From contig JBIJDH010000015.1 in NCBI GenBank assembly GCA_044344255.1, positions 1 through 64,000 of the forward strand: a stretch of 64,000 nucleotides of DNA, written 5' to 3'. Shown one piece after another: positions 36,772-47,078 of this stretch. This stretch comes from Myxococcota bacterium (lineage in GTDB: Bacteria; Myxococcota_A; UBA796; UBA2385). Positions within the stretch are counted from its first letter, which is position 1, and each line of letters starts with the position of its first letter. The position numbers and the translations under genes were made by a program. The notes beneath the pieces are model-generated. The model worked only from the letters and a program-made list of their open reading frames with translations. It was not told the DNA's origin and did not search any database.

Positions 36772-37983
36772 ATGCGCCCGACCCTCACTGTCTCGGACCT
36801 CACCCGGATCATTCAAGAGACGCTCGCCGCGGGCGTGGGGCCCGTGGTGGTCGAGGGCGAGGTCTCGCAGTTCATGGCCCACCGCTCGGGGCACTGGTAC
36901 TTCACCCTCAAAGACGAGGGCGCCGTCTTGAACGCCGTCATGTTCCGCGGGAACAACCAGGGCATGCGCTGGATGCCCGCGGTGGGAGACCAGGTCACGG
37001 TCTCGGGCGAGCTCGACGTCTACGCGCCCCAAGGCAAGTACAACCTCCTCGCCCGGCGGATGGAGCGCGCGGGGCAGGGAGATCAGCAGCGGCGCTTCGA
37101 GGAGCTCAAGCGCCGCCTCCAGGCCGAGGGCCTCTTCGACCCCGCCCGCAAACGCCCGTTGCCCGTGATCCCGCTGGCCATCGGGGTCGCGACCAGCCCC
37201 ACCGGCGCGGCCTTTCAGGACATCCTCCGCGTCCTCTCGCGGCGCTTCCCGGGCCTCACGCTCTATCTCTCCGCCTGTCGGGTCCAGGGTGAGGGCGCGG
37301 CCGACGAGATCGCGGCGGCCGTCGACCGGCTCGGTCGGCACGGCAAGTCGAGCGTGATCATCGTCGGGCGCGGGGGCGGCAGCGTCGAGGACCTCGCCGC
37401 CTTCAACGAGGAGGTGGTGGTCCGCGCCATCGCGCGCTGCCCGATCCCGGTGGTGAGCGCGGTCGGCCACGAGGTGGACGTCTCCCTGGCCGACCTCGTG
37501 GCCGATCTGCGGGCCGCCACCCCCTCCCACGCCGCGGAGCTCGTCGTCCCCGACAAGGCTGAGCTGCTCCTCCGCCTCGATGAGCTCGACCATCGGCTGC
37601 GCCTCGCGATGGAGCGCGGCCTCCGCGCTCGCCGCGATCGGCTGAAGCGCCTCGTCCTCCGCGGGCCGGGTCAGCGAATCGCCGACGGTCAGCGCCGCCT
37701 CGCCGAGCTCCGCCAGCGGCTCCACCTCGCGGGCCGTCGCGCGGTGGAGCGCAGCCGCCGCCGCCTCGAGGCCGGCCGTGGGCGCCTCTTCGCGCTCAGC
37801 CCCCTCGCGGTGCTCGGCCGTGGCTACGCGGTCGTCTTGAAGGAGGGGCGCGCGGTCTCCGCCGGGGGGGAGCTCCGGCCCGGCGACGCGGTCCACCTGC
37901 GCTTCTTCGAGGGCGCCGCCGAGGCCACCATCACCGCGGCCTCGACCCCGTCGGGCGCAGCGGCCCCCTCCGAGGGCGGCTGA
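36772..37983 (+). CDS. xseA: Exodeoxyribonuclease VII large subunit
   Basis: VEGEVS, SGHWYFTLKD, TSPTGAAFQD, GRGGGSVEDL..FNEE, SAVGHEVD, ADLRAATPS, SPLAVLGRGY. Confidence 0.97.
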   Translation: MRPTLTVSDLTRIIQETLAAGVGPVVVEGEVSQFMAHRSGHWYFTLKDEGAVLNAVMFRGNNQGMRWMPAVGDQVTVSGELDVYAPQGKYNLLARRMERAGQGDQQRRFEELKRRLQAEGLFDPARKRPLPVIPLAIGVATSPTGAAFQDILRVLSRRFPGLTLYLSACRVQGEGAADEIAAAVDRLGRHGKSSVIIVGRGGGSVEDLAAFNEEVVVRAIARCPIPVVSAVGHEVDVSLADLVADLRAATPSHAAELVVPDKAELLLRLDELDHRLRLAMERGLRARRDRLKRLVLRGPGQRIADGQRRLAELRQRLHLAGRRAVERSRRRLEAGRGRLFALSPLAVLGRGYAVVLKEGRAVSAGGELRPGDAVHLRFFEGAAEATITAASTPSGAAAPSEGG

Positions 37984-38121
37984 GGGAGATTGGTGAGGGA
38001 GATCGGTGAGGGCGATCAGCGCCGCTCCGTCCGCGCGCCGTACGGCCTCCCCCGGAGGCGGCGGGCCGGCTACCTTGTTGAAGGTCCCCGACCTGAACCG
38101 GCCCTTCGCGGGCTCCAGGGA

Positions 38122-38508
38122 GTGAAATTGCGACACTGCATCGCTTGTAACGCCGGCTATGAGTCCGAACCCGCCACCTGCCCGGACTGCGGCAGCCGTA
38201 CGCTGGGAGAGGCGGAGCTGCAGATGTTGCAGGAGGCTCAGGCGGGGCTCGATCAAGAGCGGATGGTGCCCCTGAAGCTCCTCGAGAGCCAGGTCGATCG
38301 GGCGATCCTCACCGAGATGCTCGATGAGCGCAGCATCCCCTGGGTGGTGCACGGCGAGGGCGCTGGCACCGCCTTCGGCAACCTCTTCGCGTCGCAGGAG
38401 GGCTTCGGCGTGCTGCTGGTGCCCGAGCCCGAGCTCGAGCGGGCGCGAGACATTGTGCGCGACTACGACAATTCGGTGGTGCTCGGTGAAGGAGAGACGC
38501 TGGACTGA
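38122..38508 (+). CDS. Zinc-ribbon plus DUF2007-like small protein
   Basis: CIACNAGY..CPDCG, then LDERSIP..LLVPEPELERARDIV. GTG start. Confidence 0.7.
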   Translation: MKLRHCIACNAGYESEPATCPDCGSRTLGEAELQMLQEAQAGLDQERMVPLKLLESQVDRAILTEMLDERSIPWVVHGEGAGTAFGNLFASQEGFGVLLVPEPELERARDIVRDYDNSVVLGEGETLD

Positions 38509-38516
38509 GCGCCGGC

Positions 38517-39413
38517 TCAGGGCTCGCTTCGCCGCCGCTCCTCGCGGAGGGTCTGCAGCTTGCGCAGGATGGAGCGGTTGGCCGCAAGGGCGCCGTTGTT
38601 CATCCACACCGGCCGGGGCGGGGCCTCTCCCCGCGGGTGGTCGTTGATCTGGAACCAGGGGAGCTGGCCCTGCGCCGCCGCGGTGACCATCCGGGTGGCG
38701 TGCCTCACCTCGCCGGGCTGGGCGTGGTCGTGCTCGGCTTGGAGGCGGATGTAGCCGCAGTCGAGCTTCCCGACATGGCGTACCGCCTCCCGCGGCCGCC
38801 AGTACACCTCGTCGTGCATCGTGTGGCCGTTGGCCGGCGTGAGCTGCTGGCCCCCCGAGGTGATGACCTCGCGGTCGCTCGGCCCCTCCCAGTCGAGGAT
38901 CCAGGCGGCCTTCGCCCCTGCCCGCACGACGGCGCCCACGGCCATCGAGAGGCCGAGCGAGATGGAGAGGATGCCGACCCGCGCCGGATCGACGTCGGGC
39001 CGACCGCGGAGGTAGGCCACCATCCGGGCGACGTCGTCCTGGTGCTCCGGCCCGCCGAAGTCCTCCTCGCCCCAGCTCTCTCCCCGCCCGGCGGGGTTGA
39101 AGCGGAGCACGACATAGCCGAGCCGCGCCACCTCGTCGGCGCTCACCGGCGCCCGCTGGCCGAGGAAGACGTCGGCGCCGTCGTCGATCCCGGGGCAGAG
39201 CACCACGGCGGGGCGGGACGCTGGCCCCGCGGCGGGGAGGGCGTGGACCCAGGCCTCCAGCTTGTAGCCGGCGGTGCTGTGCAGCACGAGCGCCTCGGAC
39301 GCGACCGCAGGAGCCCGCCGGGCCCGGGCCCCGCGGATGGCGGCCGTCGCGCGGCGGTCAAGGGCGCCGAGGAGGCGGGGGAGCAGCGGCTCGGGGGGCG
39401 AGGGATCAGACAT
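38517..39413 (-). CDS. Alpha/beta-fold hydrolase
   Basis: PAVVLCPG, GYVVLRFNPAGRGES, VDPARVGILSISLG nucleophile elbow. Confidence 0.82.
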   Translation of the reverse strand: MSDPSPPEPLLPRLLGALDRRATAAIRGARARRAPAVASEALVLHSTAGYKLEAWVHALPAAGPASRPAVVLCPGIDDGADVFLGQRAPVSADEVARLGYVVLRFNPAGRGESWGEEDFGGPEHQDDVARMVAYLRGRPDVDPARVGILSISLGLSMAVGAVVRAGAKAAWILDWEGPSDREVITSGGQQLTPANGHTMHDEVYWRPREAVRHVGKLDCGYIRLQAEHDHAQPGEVRHATRMVTAAAQGQLPWFQINDHPRGEAPPRPVWMNNGALAANRSILRKLQTLREERRRSEP

Positions 39414-39503
39414 CGGAGGGCCTCAGGCGTCGGGGCTCCGTACCCCGTCCGCCCGCCCCCGCACCCCCGGTCGGTTGGCCTCCGAGCCGCTGAAGATCCT
39501 GTC

Positions 39504-41051
39504 CTACTCGGGATCGTAGACGTAGGGGAAGGCGTAGTAGAAGTTCGCGGTGTCGGCGCTGTCCATCGACTCGGCCTCGATGACCACGTAGATCTTCTCG
39601 CTGCCCGCGGGGAGCGCGAAGTCGACCACCCAGGGGTCACCCTCGGCGGTGCCGGTCAGGTTGCCGGTCTCTTCGGCGAGGACGGTGGTGCCGTCTTCAT
39701 CGTAGACCGTGAGCTTGGGGTCGAGCAGCGAGCCGTAGTTGGCGGCGTCCACGGCGAAGTTCATCATGCGGCCGTCGAAGCCGCCGCAGTCCGAGGCGCG
39801 GATGGTCCAGGCGTCGAGCTCATCCTCGAAGGTGAGGGTGCCGCCGAGGCGGGTGTAGAAGAAGCCCGGGGTGGCCTCCGACTCGACGAACTCGGTGGTC
39901 GTGCCGCTCGTGATGGTCTCGCCCGTCTTCGACTCGACCTGGTCGAGCAGCGAGCCGTAGTACATGCTCACGATGCCGGCGTAGTAGCTGCCGACGTCGT
40001 AGGTCGTGCCCGTGTTCTGCACGACGAGCGTGAGGTAGGACTCGACCGGGACGCTCACCAGCACGCCGGAGTCATAGAGCGTGGTGTAGCCGGTGCCGAT
40101 GACGGTGTCGGCGGTGCTGGCCACCACCGCGCCCTCGGCGTCGTAGAGCGTCCAGTCGGGGGTGAGGTTGGTGGGCATCCCCGGGTACTGGCCGATCTGC
40201 ACGAAGAAGTGGTCGTCCGGGGTCTCGCGGTCGTCGGTGCCGGTGCTGATGAACCAGATGTCGACGTCATCGGCGGAGTCCAGCGCGCCGTAGAAGTCAA
40301 AAGAGCCCGGGGAGAGCGCGTTCTGCATGAAGTAGCCGGGGAGGTTGTCACCACCCTCGATGGCGTCCGAGCCGCCGAGGTACTCGCCGCCGCCGTCGAA
40401 CCAGGCGTTGTAGCTCTCGGCTGCCAGGGTGCCGTCGTCGTTCGGCTCGAGCTCCTCGGTGTTGACGACCCAGGCGTGCAGCTCATAGTCGTAGCCGCTG
40501 CCGCCGCTCGCGCCCGCGCCGTCCCAGTCGCCCCACTCCAGCACCTCGGCGTAGTAGGTGCCGGAGTACTCTGCGCGGAAGACCACGACAGAGTCTGTCT
40601 CGTAGAAACGATAGGGCATGTCGTCGTTCTCGGCGATCTCGTCACCGTCCGAGTTGTAGAGCTGGATGACCGTGTCGAAGGTGGTCTCGCCGGTGAGCGC
40701 GTAGGCGAGGGTGGCCACCGTGACGAAGTCGCCCTCTTCGACCTGGAAGGCGTACATGTCGCGCTCGCCGGCCTCGCCGATCGCCTCGTCGGCCAACACC
40801 TCGTCGGGGTCACCGAGCGCGATCACCTCCGCATCCGGGAAGGCGTCGGTCCCGCCGTCCCCGCCGCCGTCCCCGCCGTCGCCGCCATCTGCGCCGTCGC
40901 CGCCATCGCCGCCATCCGACCCGTCTGTGCCGTCTGTACCCCCATCCTTGTCGGCGATCGTCTCGTCACCTGCGCAAGCGACCGCGAAGGTCGCCGACAG
41001 GGCGATGAGCACAGTGGGGAGGGTGGGCCATCGAGCGTGACGGGCGTTCAT
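39504..41051 (-). CDS. Acidic secreted lipoprotein with PPC-like (pre-peptidase C-terminal) beta domains
   Basis: Lipobox FAVAC, DGGDG linker, GERDMYAF, DTVIQLYNSDGDEIAENDD, EPND, LDPKLTVYDEDG. Confidence 0.75.
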   Translation of the reverse strand: MNARHARWPTLPTVLIALSATFAVACAGDETIADKDGGTDGTDGSDGGDGGDGADGGDGGDGGGDGGTDAFPDAEVIALGDPDEVLADEAIGEAGERDMYAFQVEEGDFVTVATLAYALTGETTFDTVIQLYNSDGDEIAENDDMPYRFYETDSVVVFRAEYSGTYYAEVLEWGDWDGAGASGGSGYDYELHAWVVNTEELEPNDDGTLAAESYNAWFDGGGEYLGGSDAIEGGDNLPGYFMQNALSPGSFDFYGALDSADDVDIWFISTGTDDRETPDDHFFVQIGQYPGMPTNLTPDWTLYDAEGAVVASTADTVIGTGYTTLYDSGVLVSVPVESYLTLVVQNTGTTYDVGSYYAGIVSMYYGSLLDQVESKTGETITSGTTTEFVESEATPGFFYTRLGGTLTFEDELDAWTIRASDCGGFDGRMMNFAVDAANYGSLLDPKLTVYDEDGTTVLAEETGNLTGTAEGDPWVVDFALPAGSEKIYVVIEAESMDSADTANFYYAFPYVYDPE

Positions 41052-41134
41052 TCGGTCTCCAGGGTGGGGCCGTTCAGCGTAGCACGGCCGCTCCGCGGCT
41101 CGCAGCTCCAGAGAGGGCAGGCTACGAGGCGCGG

Positions 41135-42004
41135 ATGTCGCGCCCTGTTCGCCCCCCCCATCCCCGCCGGCCCTCGCTCGCCTCGCCGTCGCGGAGCGCG
41201 GTGGACTGGGACGATCTGGAGGACGACGCGGCCGCGGAGGAGGGCGCGCGTGCGCCGGCGGACGGCCTCGTCGACGAGGCCGAGCTGGGGGACTCCCCCA
41301 CCGAGGGGGCCGACCCGGCCGAGTCGACGGGTGAGCTCGGCGATGAAGACCACCGGGTCGGCTCCGCAGACGACACGGCAGGCGACACGGCAGGCGACAC
41401 GGAAGACGACACGGAAGACGACGCGGAAGACGACGCGGAAGACGAGGACGTCGAAGACGCGCCCACCGAGGGCTCGGTGGGGGGCGGCCTCCAGGACGAG
41501 CTCACCGAGCTGGACGACGGGCCGCAGGGGGGAGCGGGTGAAGACCCCCTCCTCGAGGATGCCGCCGTCTCGCCCGAGCCCGAGGGCCGCCTCGCGTGGT
41601 CGGCGCTGGAAGACGAGGCCGCCCGCCCCGCCCTCCGTGCGGTCGATAGCCGGGTGCTCGTCGGCTACGAAGAGGTGGTCGGCCTCCCCGAGCTCGGCGG
41701 GGCCGATGTCGTGGCGCGCTGCGACACCGGAGAGGCCACCTCTACCCTCTTCGCCGAGGTCGAAGCCGGGGGGCTCCGACTGCAGGGGCACCGGCTCCCC
41801 GTGGCCCTCGAGCCCGCGGTCTCGGCCGAGGTGGGGGTGGTCCTGGTGACCTCGGTCTCGATGGGCGGGCGGGTCGAGCGGGTGCGGCTCCGCGTGATCC
41901 CCGTCGAGGAGCCGGGCGTGGAGGCCCTCGTGGTGCTGGGCCGGGACGCGCTCGGCCCCGCCTGGATCGTCGACGCCGGGCGCCGCTTCATCCACCGGCG
42001 CTAG
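41135..42004 (+). CDS. RimK/LysX-associated (retropepsin-like) protease domain with long acidic N-terminus
   Basis: VGYEEVVGLPELG..ARCDTGEATS and VVLGRDAL. Confidence 0.7.
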   Translation: MSRPVRPPHPRRPSLASPSRSAVDWDDLEDDAAAEEGARAPADGLVDEAELGDSPTEGADPAESTGELGDEDHRVGSADDTAGDTAGDTEDDTEDDAEDDAEDEDVEDAPTEGSVGGGLQDELTELDDGPQGGAGEDPLLEDAAVSPEPEGRLAWSALEDEAARPALRAVDSRVLVGYEEVVGLPELGGADVVARCDTGEATSTLFAEVEAGGLRLQGHRLPVALEPAVSAEVGVVLVTSVSMGGRVERVRLRVIPVEEPGVEALVVLGRDALGPAWIVDAGRRFIHRR

Positions 42005-42014
42005 GGGTAGGGCG

Positions 42015-43781
42015 ATGCGTGTCTTGGTTCGCCTCCTCCGGGACTGGTGCCGCCCCCACTTGCTGAGCTTCCTCGGCGGGGTGCTCTTCCTGTTCCTGAC
42101 GAACTACCTGACCGTCACCATCCCCACCGAGATCGGCGCCGCGATCGACGCGGGCGCCGCCGCTGCCGCCGGGCCCCACATCCTCGCCGTCGGGCTGATG
42201 GGGGTGGCCGTGATCCTCGTCCGCACGCTCAGCCGGGTGCTGGTGTTCAACCCCGGCCGGGACATCGAGTATCAGCTCCGCTCCGACCTCTTCGACGCCC
42301 TGCTCGCCCAGCAGCCCTCCTTCTACGCGACCCGCAGCACCGGGGATCTGGTGAGCCGCGGCTCGTCTGACCTCACCTTCGTCCGCGCGATGGTGGGCTT
42401 CGGCTTCATGCAGGTGGTCAACGTCACCTTCGCCGTCCTGCTCACCGGCTGGCGGATGCTCACGCTCTCCCCTTCGCTCACCCTGGGCGCGGTGCTCCCG
42501 CTGATCGTGGGCCTGGTGGTCGTGAATTCGGCGGTCGGCAAGGTCTTCAACTACGGGCGCCTCGCCCAGCAGCAGCTCGGCCAGGTCAGCGATCAGGTGC
42601 TGACGAGCTTTCAGGGGGTGGCCACCATCCAGGGCTTCGTCGCGAAGGACGCCTTCCTCCAGCGCTTCGACGAGAAGTGCGAGGCCCTGCTCCGCACCCG
42701 CGTGGCCACCAGCCTCCTCGGCGCCTTCGCCTTCCCGGCCCTGGTGCTCGCGGGCTCCATCTCTGTCTTCGTCGTGCTCTTTGTAGGCGGCCCGATGGCG
42801 GTCCGCGGTGAGCTCTCGGTCGGCGACATCGCCGCCTTCGCCACCCTGCTCGGGGTGCTGCTGCCGCCCCTCCGCTCCATCGGCTGGATGCTCTCGGTGA
42901 TCCAGACCGGCCTCGCCTCGCTGACCCGCATCTTTGAGATCCTCGACGCCCCCGTGGAGCGACCCGAGGGCGACCGGCCCGAGGCCGTCCCGGGGGGCGG
43001 TGGCCCCGGCTTTACCGTGCGGGGGCTCTCTTTCGCCTATCCGGACGCCCCCGAGCGGCGGGTGCTCGACGGGCTCAGCCTCGACATCCGCCCGGGGACG
43101 GTGGTGGGCATCTTCGGTCGCACCGGCAGCGGCAAGACCTCCCTGCTCCGCCTGCTGGCGCGGCTCTACAACGCGCCCGAGGGCTCGATCGTGGTCAGCG
43201 GGCCCGACGGCAGCTCGGCCGACCTCTCCCGCCTCGACCTCCGCGCCTGGCGGCGCAGCCTCTCGATGGCGCCGCAGCGGCCCTTCCTCTTCAGCGACAC
43301 CATCACCGAGAACGTCGCCCTGTCCGAACCCGTAGACCCCTCGGCCGTGCGAGAGGCGGTCGACAAGGCGGCGCTCGCGATCGACCTCGCCGCCCTCCCT
43401 GACGGCCTCCGCACGGTGGTGGGCGAGCGCGGGATCATGCTCTCCGGCGGGCAGCGCCAGCGGGTGGCCCTGGCGCGGGCGATGTACCGCCGATCGGACC
43501 TCATCCTGCTCGACGACGTGCTGTCCGCCGTCGATCACGAGACGGAGGCGCGCCTGCTCCTGGCGCTGCGGGCCCTCGGCGACGGGCGGGAGAGGGGCCG
43601 CCCGACCGTGCTCATCGTCAGCCACCGGGTCTCCGCCCTCCGCGACGCCGACCATGTCTTCGTGCTCGACCAGGGGCGGCTCGTCGACGAGGGCCGCCCC
43701 GACGACCTCTTCCAGCGGCCCGGCCTGTTCCGCGAGGCCTGGCTCGGCCAGACCCCGGCCGACGAGGAGCTGAGCCGATGA
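42015..43781 (+). CDS. ABC transporter permease/ATP-binding protein (heterodimer subunit 1)
   Basis: TM domain plus GRTGSGKT, LSGGQRQR, ILLDD, VSHR. Confidence 0.95.
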   Translation: MRVLVRLLRDWCRPHLLSFLGGVLFLFLTNYLTVTIPTEIGAAIDAGAAAAAGPHILAVGLMGVAVILVRTLSRVLVFNPGRDIEYQLRSDLFDALLAQQPSFYATRSTGDLVSRGSSDLTFVRAMVGFGFMQVVNVTFAVLLTGWRMLTLSPSLTLGAVLPLIVGLVVVNSAVGKVFNYGRLAQQQLGQVSDQVLTSFQGVATIQGFVAKDAFLQRFDEKCEALLRTRVATSLLGAFAFPALVLAGSISVFVVLFVGGPMAVRGELSVGDIAAFATLLGVLLPPLRSIGWMLSVIQTGLASLTRIFEILDAPVERPEGDRPEAVPGGGGPGFTVRGLSFAYPDAPERRVLDGLSLDIRPGTVVGIFGRTGSGKTSLLRLLARLYNAPEGSIVVSGPDGSSADLSRLDLRAWRRSLSMAPQRPFLFSDTITENVALSEPVDPSAVREAVDKAALAIDLAALPDGLRTVVGERGIMLSGGQRQRVALARAMYRRSDLILLDDVLSAVDHETEARLLLALRALGDGRERGRPTVLIVSHRVSALRDADHVFVLDQGRLVDEGRPDDLFQRPGLFREAWLGQTPADEELSR

Positions 43782-45595
43782 GCGCCGCCTCGCCCAAGCC
43801 CCCCGAGAACGACGCGCTGGAGCGGGCCACCGCCTCGGACTGGAGCCTGCTCCGCCGGAGCTGGACCTGGGCGCGCCCCGACGCCCCGCTCTTCGCCTGG
43901 GCCCTCTTCGTGACCCCCGCCATCGCCGCGATCAACCTCGCCCAGCCGTGGCTGATGAAGCGGACCATCGACGAGCACATCGTGCCGGGGCTGATCCCCG
44001 GCCTCGCGGGCATGGCCCTGGCCTACCTCGGCGCCGTCGTCGGCGGCTACCTGCTCGAGGCGACCTACGCCATCGCCCTCGCTCATGCCGGCCAGCGCAC
44101 CATCCTCCGCATCCGCCGGGCGCTCTTCAGCCACATCCTCGACCTGCCGCTCTCCTTCTTTGACCGCCAGCCGGCCGGCAAGCTGCTCACGCGCGTCACG
44201 AGCGACGTGGAGTCCCTCGGCGACACGCTCGCCGCCGGGGTGGTGAACATCCTCCTCGACCTGCTGCTCATCGTCGGCACGCTGGCGGCGATGTTCTGGC
44301 TCGACTGGCGACTGTCGATCCTGCTGCTCGCCCTCGCGGTGCCCCTGCTCGGCCTGCTCAACGCGCTGCGCGCCCGAATGCGGGAGCTGTTCATCGAGAC
44401 CCGCGAGGCCATCGCCGCGGTGAACACCTTCCTCGCCGAGCGGGTGGACGGCGTACAGGTGGTGCAGCTCTTTGGGGTGGAGGCCCTGTCGAAGCGGCGC
44501 TTCGACGTGCCGAACCGGCGCTACTGCGACTCCACCAAGACGGCGAACATCTATGACTCGGGCATGTACGCCATCGTGGATGGCGCCTCCAGCGTCTTCG
44601 TCGGCGTGATCCTCTGGTATGGCACGGGGCACGCGGCGGAGTGGCTGGCCCAGCACGGCGTCACGATCGACATGGAGCCGCTCAGCGCGGGCCTGCTCGT
44701 GGCCTTCATGGATTACCTCGACCGCCTCTTCCGCCCCCTCCGAGAGCTGTCGGGGAAGGTGGCCGTCCTCCAGCGGGCCGCCGCCTCGCTCTCGAAGATC
44801 TTCTGGCTCTTTGAGACCGCGAGGGTCCAAGACCCCGGTCAGGAGCCCCTCCCCGCGGTGAAGGGCCGGGTCACCTTCAAGGACCTCCGCTTCCGGTACC
44901 GGGAAGACGGCGAGGACGTGCTCCAGGGCATCAACCTCGAGCTCGCGCCTGGCGAGGTGGTCGCGCTCGTCGGCGCCACGGGCTCCGGCAAGACCACCCT
45001 CTCCCGCCTGCTCGACCGCAGCTACGACGGCTACCGGGGCAGCCTCTGCATCGACGGGCACGAGGTCTCGGGGCTCCGCCTCGATGACCTCCGGCGGCGC
45101 GTCTCCGCGGTCCGCCAGGACCTGGTGGTCTTCAGCGACACGCTGCGCTTCAACGTCGACCTCGGCGACCCGACGATCACCGAGGCCAAACGAGACGAGG
45201 TCGCCACCCAGGTCCACGCGCGTCGTTTTGTCGATCGGCTCGGCTGGGACCACGTGCTGCGCGAGCACGGGGCCGACCTCTCGGTGGGGGAGGGGCAGCT
45301 CCTCACCTTCGCCCGCACCCTCGCCCACAGCCCCGACATCATCGTGCTCGACGAGGCCACCGCCTCCGTCGACAGCGCCACCGAGGCCCTCGTGCAGGAG
45401 GCCATCGCCCACGTCCTCACGGGCCGAACGGTGCTCGTCATCGCCCACCGCCTCTCGACGGTCCAGCGGGCCGACCGCATCGCCGTGATGGAGGGCGGCC
45501 GCATCGCGGAGCTGGGCACGCACGCCGAGCTGATGGCCCTCTCCGGTCGATACGCCGCGCTGGTGCAGGCCGGTCGCGGCGCCCTCCTGGCCTGA
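43778..45595 (+). CDS. ABC transporter permease/ATP-binding protein (heterodimer subunit 2)
   Basis: GATGSGKT, LSVGEGQL, VLDEAT, IAHRLST; ATGA overlap with the previous gene. Confidence 0.95.
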   Translation: MSAASPKPPENDALERATASDWSLLRRSWTWARPDAPLFAWALFVTPAIAAINLAQPWLMKRTIDEHIVPGLIPGLAGMALAYLGAVVGGYLLEATYAIALAHAGQRTILRIRRALFSHILDLPLSFFDRQPAGKLLTRVTSDVESLGDTLAAGVVNILLDLLLIVGTLAAMFWLDWRLSILLLALAVPLLGLLNALRARMRELFIETREAIAAVNTFLAERVDGVQVVQLFGVEALSKRRFDVPNRRYCDSTKTANIYDSGMYAIVDGASSVFVGVILWYGTGHAAEWLAQHGVTIDMEPLSAGLLVAFMDYLDRLFRPLRELSGKVAVLQRAAASLSKIFWLFETARVQDPGQEPLPAVKGRVTFKDLRFRYREDGEDVLQGINLELAPGEVVALVGATGSGKTTLSRLLDRSYDGYRGSLCIDGHEVSGLRLDDLRRRVSAVRQDLVVFSDTLRFNVDLGDPTITEAKRDEVATQVHARRFVDRLGWDHVLREHGADLSVGEGQLLTFARTLAHSPDIIVLDEATASVDSATEALVQEAIAHVLTGRTVLVIAHRLSTVQRADRIAVMEGGRIAELGTHAELMALSGRYAALVQAGRGALLA

Positions 45596-45742
45596 GCCGC
45601 GGGCGACGCGACCGGCAGGCCGGCGAGGGACGGGCTATCCTGGCCGGAGGCGCCGCGACTCCAGAGCCCGCGTCGCCCTCGGCTGCCCCGAAGGGTCCAG
45701 CCCTCGAGCTCGAGCCCAGGGTGCCTTCATCTCGGAGATCTG

Positions 45743-46435
45743 ATGCGCCTGTACGCCACGCCCGTCCTCCTGCTCCTAGGCTGCTCGATCTTCGACAAGG
45801 GCGGCGCCGGGCTCGGCGAGGGGACGGAGCCCCAGCCCGCAGACGACACCGCGGCCGCAGAGGGCGACGCGGACACCGACGCCGACGCCGACGGGGACAC
45901 CGACGCCGACGCCGACGGGGACTCCGATGCAGACGCCGACGGGGACAGCGACGCCGACACCGACGCCGACTCTGACGTGGACTGCACCGAGGACGTCGCC
46001 CCGCCTGACCCCATCGACGCCTGCGTGACCGACACCATCCGCTGCGGAGACCACATCACCAGCACCACGGCGCGGGGCACCAAGGTCTTCGCCGAGGCCG
46101 ACTACGAGGCCTGGTTCTGTAACTACGGCGAGTCTACAGACTACGCAGGGCAGGAGCGGGTCTACGAGTTCGTCCACCCCGGCACCGGCGATGTGCAGTT
46201 CATCCTCGACGCCCCCTGCGAAGACCTCGACCTCTTTGTTTTCCGCTGGGACTACTGGGACTCCGAGGGGAGCTGTCCCACCGCTGACAACAGCGTCCCC
46301 GAGTGCGAGGTCGATGACTCGAGCGGCGGCGGCGAGGTCAGCGTCTGGCAAGACAAAGAGGCGCACTACCTTATCTCGGTAGACGGTCGGGTGCCGGTGG
46401 ACACGCAGTTTACGCTGTCCGTGATTTGCCCCTAA
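45743..46435 (+). CDS. Cys-rich lipoprotein with (DA)n acidic linker and PPC-like domain
   Basis: LLLLGC lipobox, DADTDADADGD repeats, ERVYEFVHPG..LDAPCEDLDLFV. Confidence 0.75.
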   Translation: MRLYATPVLLLLGCSIFDKGGAGLGEGTEPQPADDTAAAEGDADTDADADGDTDADADGDSDADADGDSDADTDADSDVDCTEDVAPPDPIDACVTDTIRCGDHITSTTARGTKVFAEADYEAWFCNYGESTDYAGQERVYEFVHPGTGDVQFILDAPCEDLDLFVFRWDYWDSEGSCPTADNSVPECEVDDSSGGGEVSVWQDKEAHYLISVDGRVPVDTQFTLSVICP

Positions 46436-46463
46436 TCTGTGTCTGATTTCCTCAGGAGTCTCC

Positions 46464-47078
46464 ATGGCCCTTCGATTGGTCCTGCTCACCCTCCTCGCAG
46501 GCTGTGAGCTGTTCGGCTCAGACAAGGGCAGCTCGTCGGACACCGGCGCCATCGGAGGAGAAGGAGAAGGAGAGGGTGAAGGCGAAGGGGAAGGCGAAGG
46601 GGAGGGGGACGGCGGCAGCAGCGACGTCGACTGCGACAGCCCGCCCGAGCCCGAGAGTTACGATGACGGCTGCATCACCGCCGAGCTTGAGTGCGGAGAC
46701 AGCCTCGTCTCGATCACCACCGGCGGCACCTCGCAGCTCAGCGAGGATCAATACTCGAGCTTCTGGGCCTGCGAGGTGGTCGATCCGGGCAGCTACGAGG
46801 GGCCCGAGCGGATGTTCGCCTTCATCCACCCGGGAGACGGCGAGGTCACGATCCAGCTCGACAGCCCCTGTGAAGACCTCGACCTCTTCGTGATGCACTG
46901 GGAGGACACCGGCGACTGCCTCCGCGAGGGCGTCTCGGTGGGGGAGTGTGACGCCGACATCAGCGGCGGCGGCGGCGCCATCACCGTCTGGAACAACGAG
47001 GTGGCCCGCTACGTGGTGGTGGTCGAGGGGCATGACGGAGAGGAGGCCCCCTTCGGCCTCGCCCTCACCTGCCCCTGA
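46464..47078 (+). CDS. Paralogous Cys-rich lipoprotein with (GE)n linker
   Basis: LLAGC lipobox, GEGEGE linker, ERMFAFIHPG..LDSPCEDLDLFV; AGGAG SD upstream. Confidence 0.78.
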   Translation: MALRLVLLTLLAGCELFGSDKGSSSDTGAIGGEGEGEGEGEGEGEGEGDGGSSDVDCDSPPEPESYDDGCITAELECGDSLVSITTGGTSQLSEDQYSSFWACEVVDPGSYEGPERMFAFIHPGDGEVTIQLDSPCEDLDLFVMHWEDTGDCLREGVSVGECDADISGGGGAITVWNNEVARYVVVVEGHDGEEAPFGLALTCP

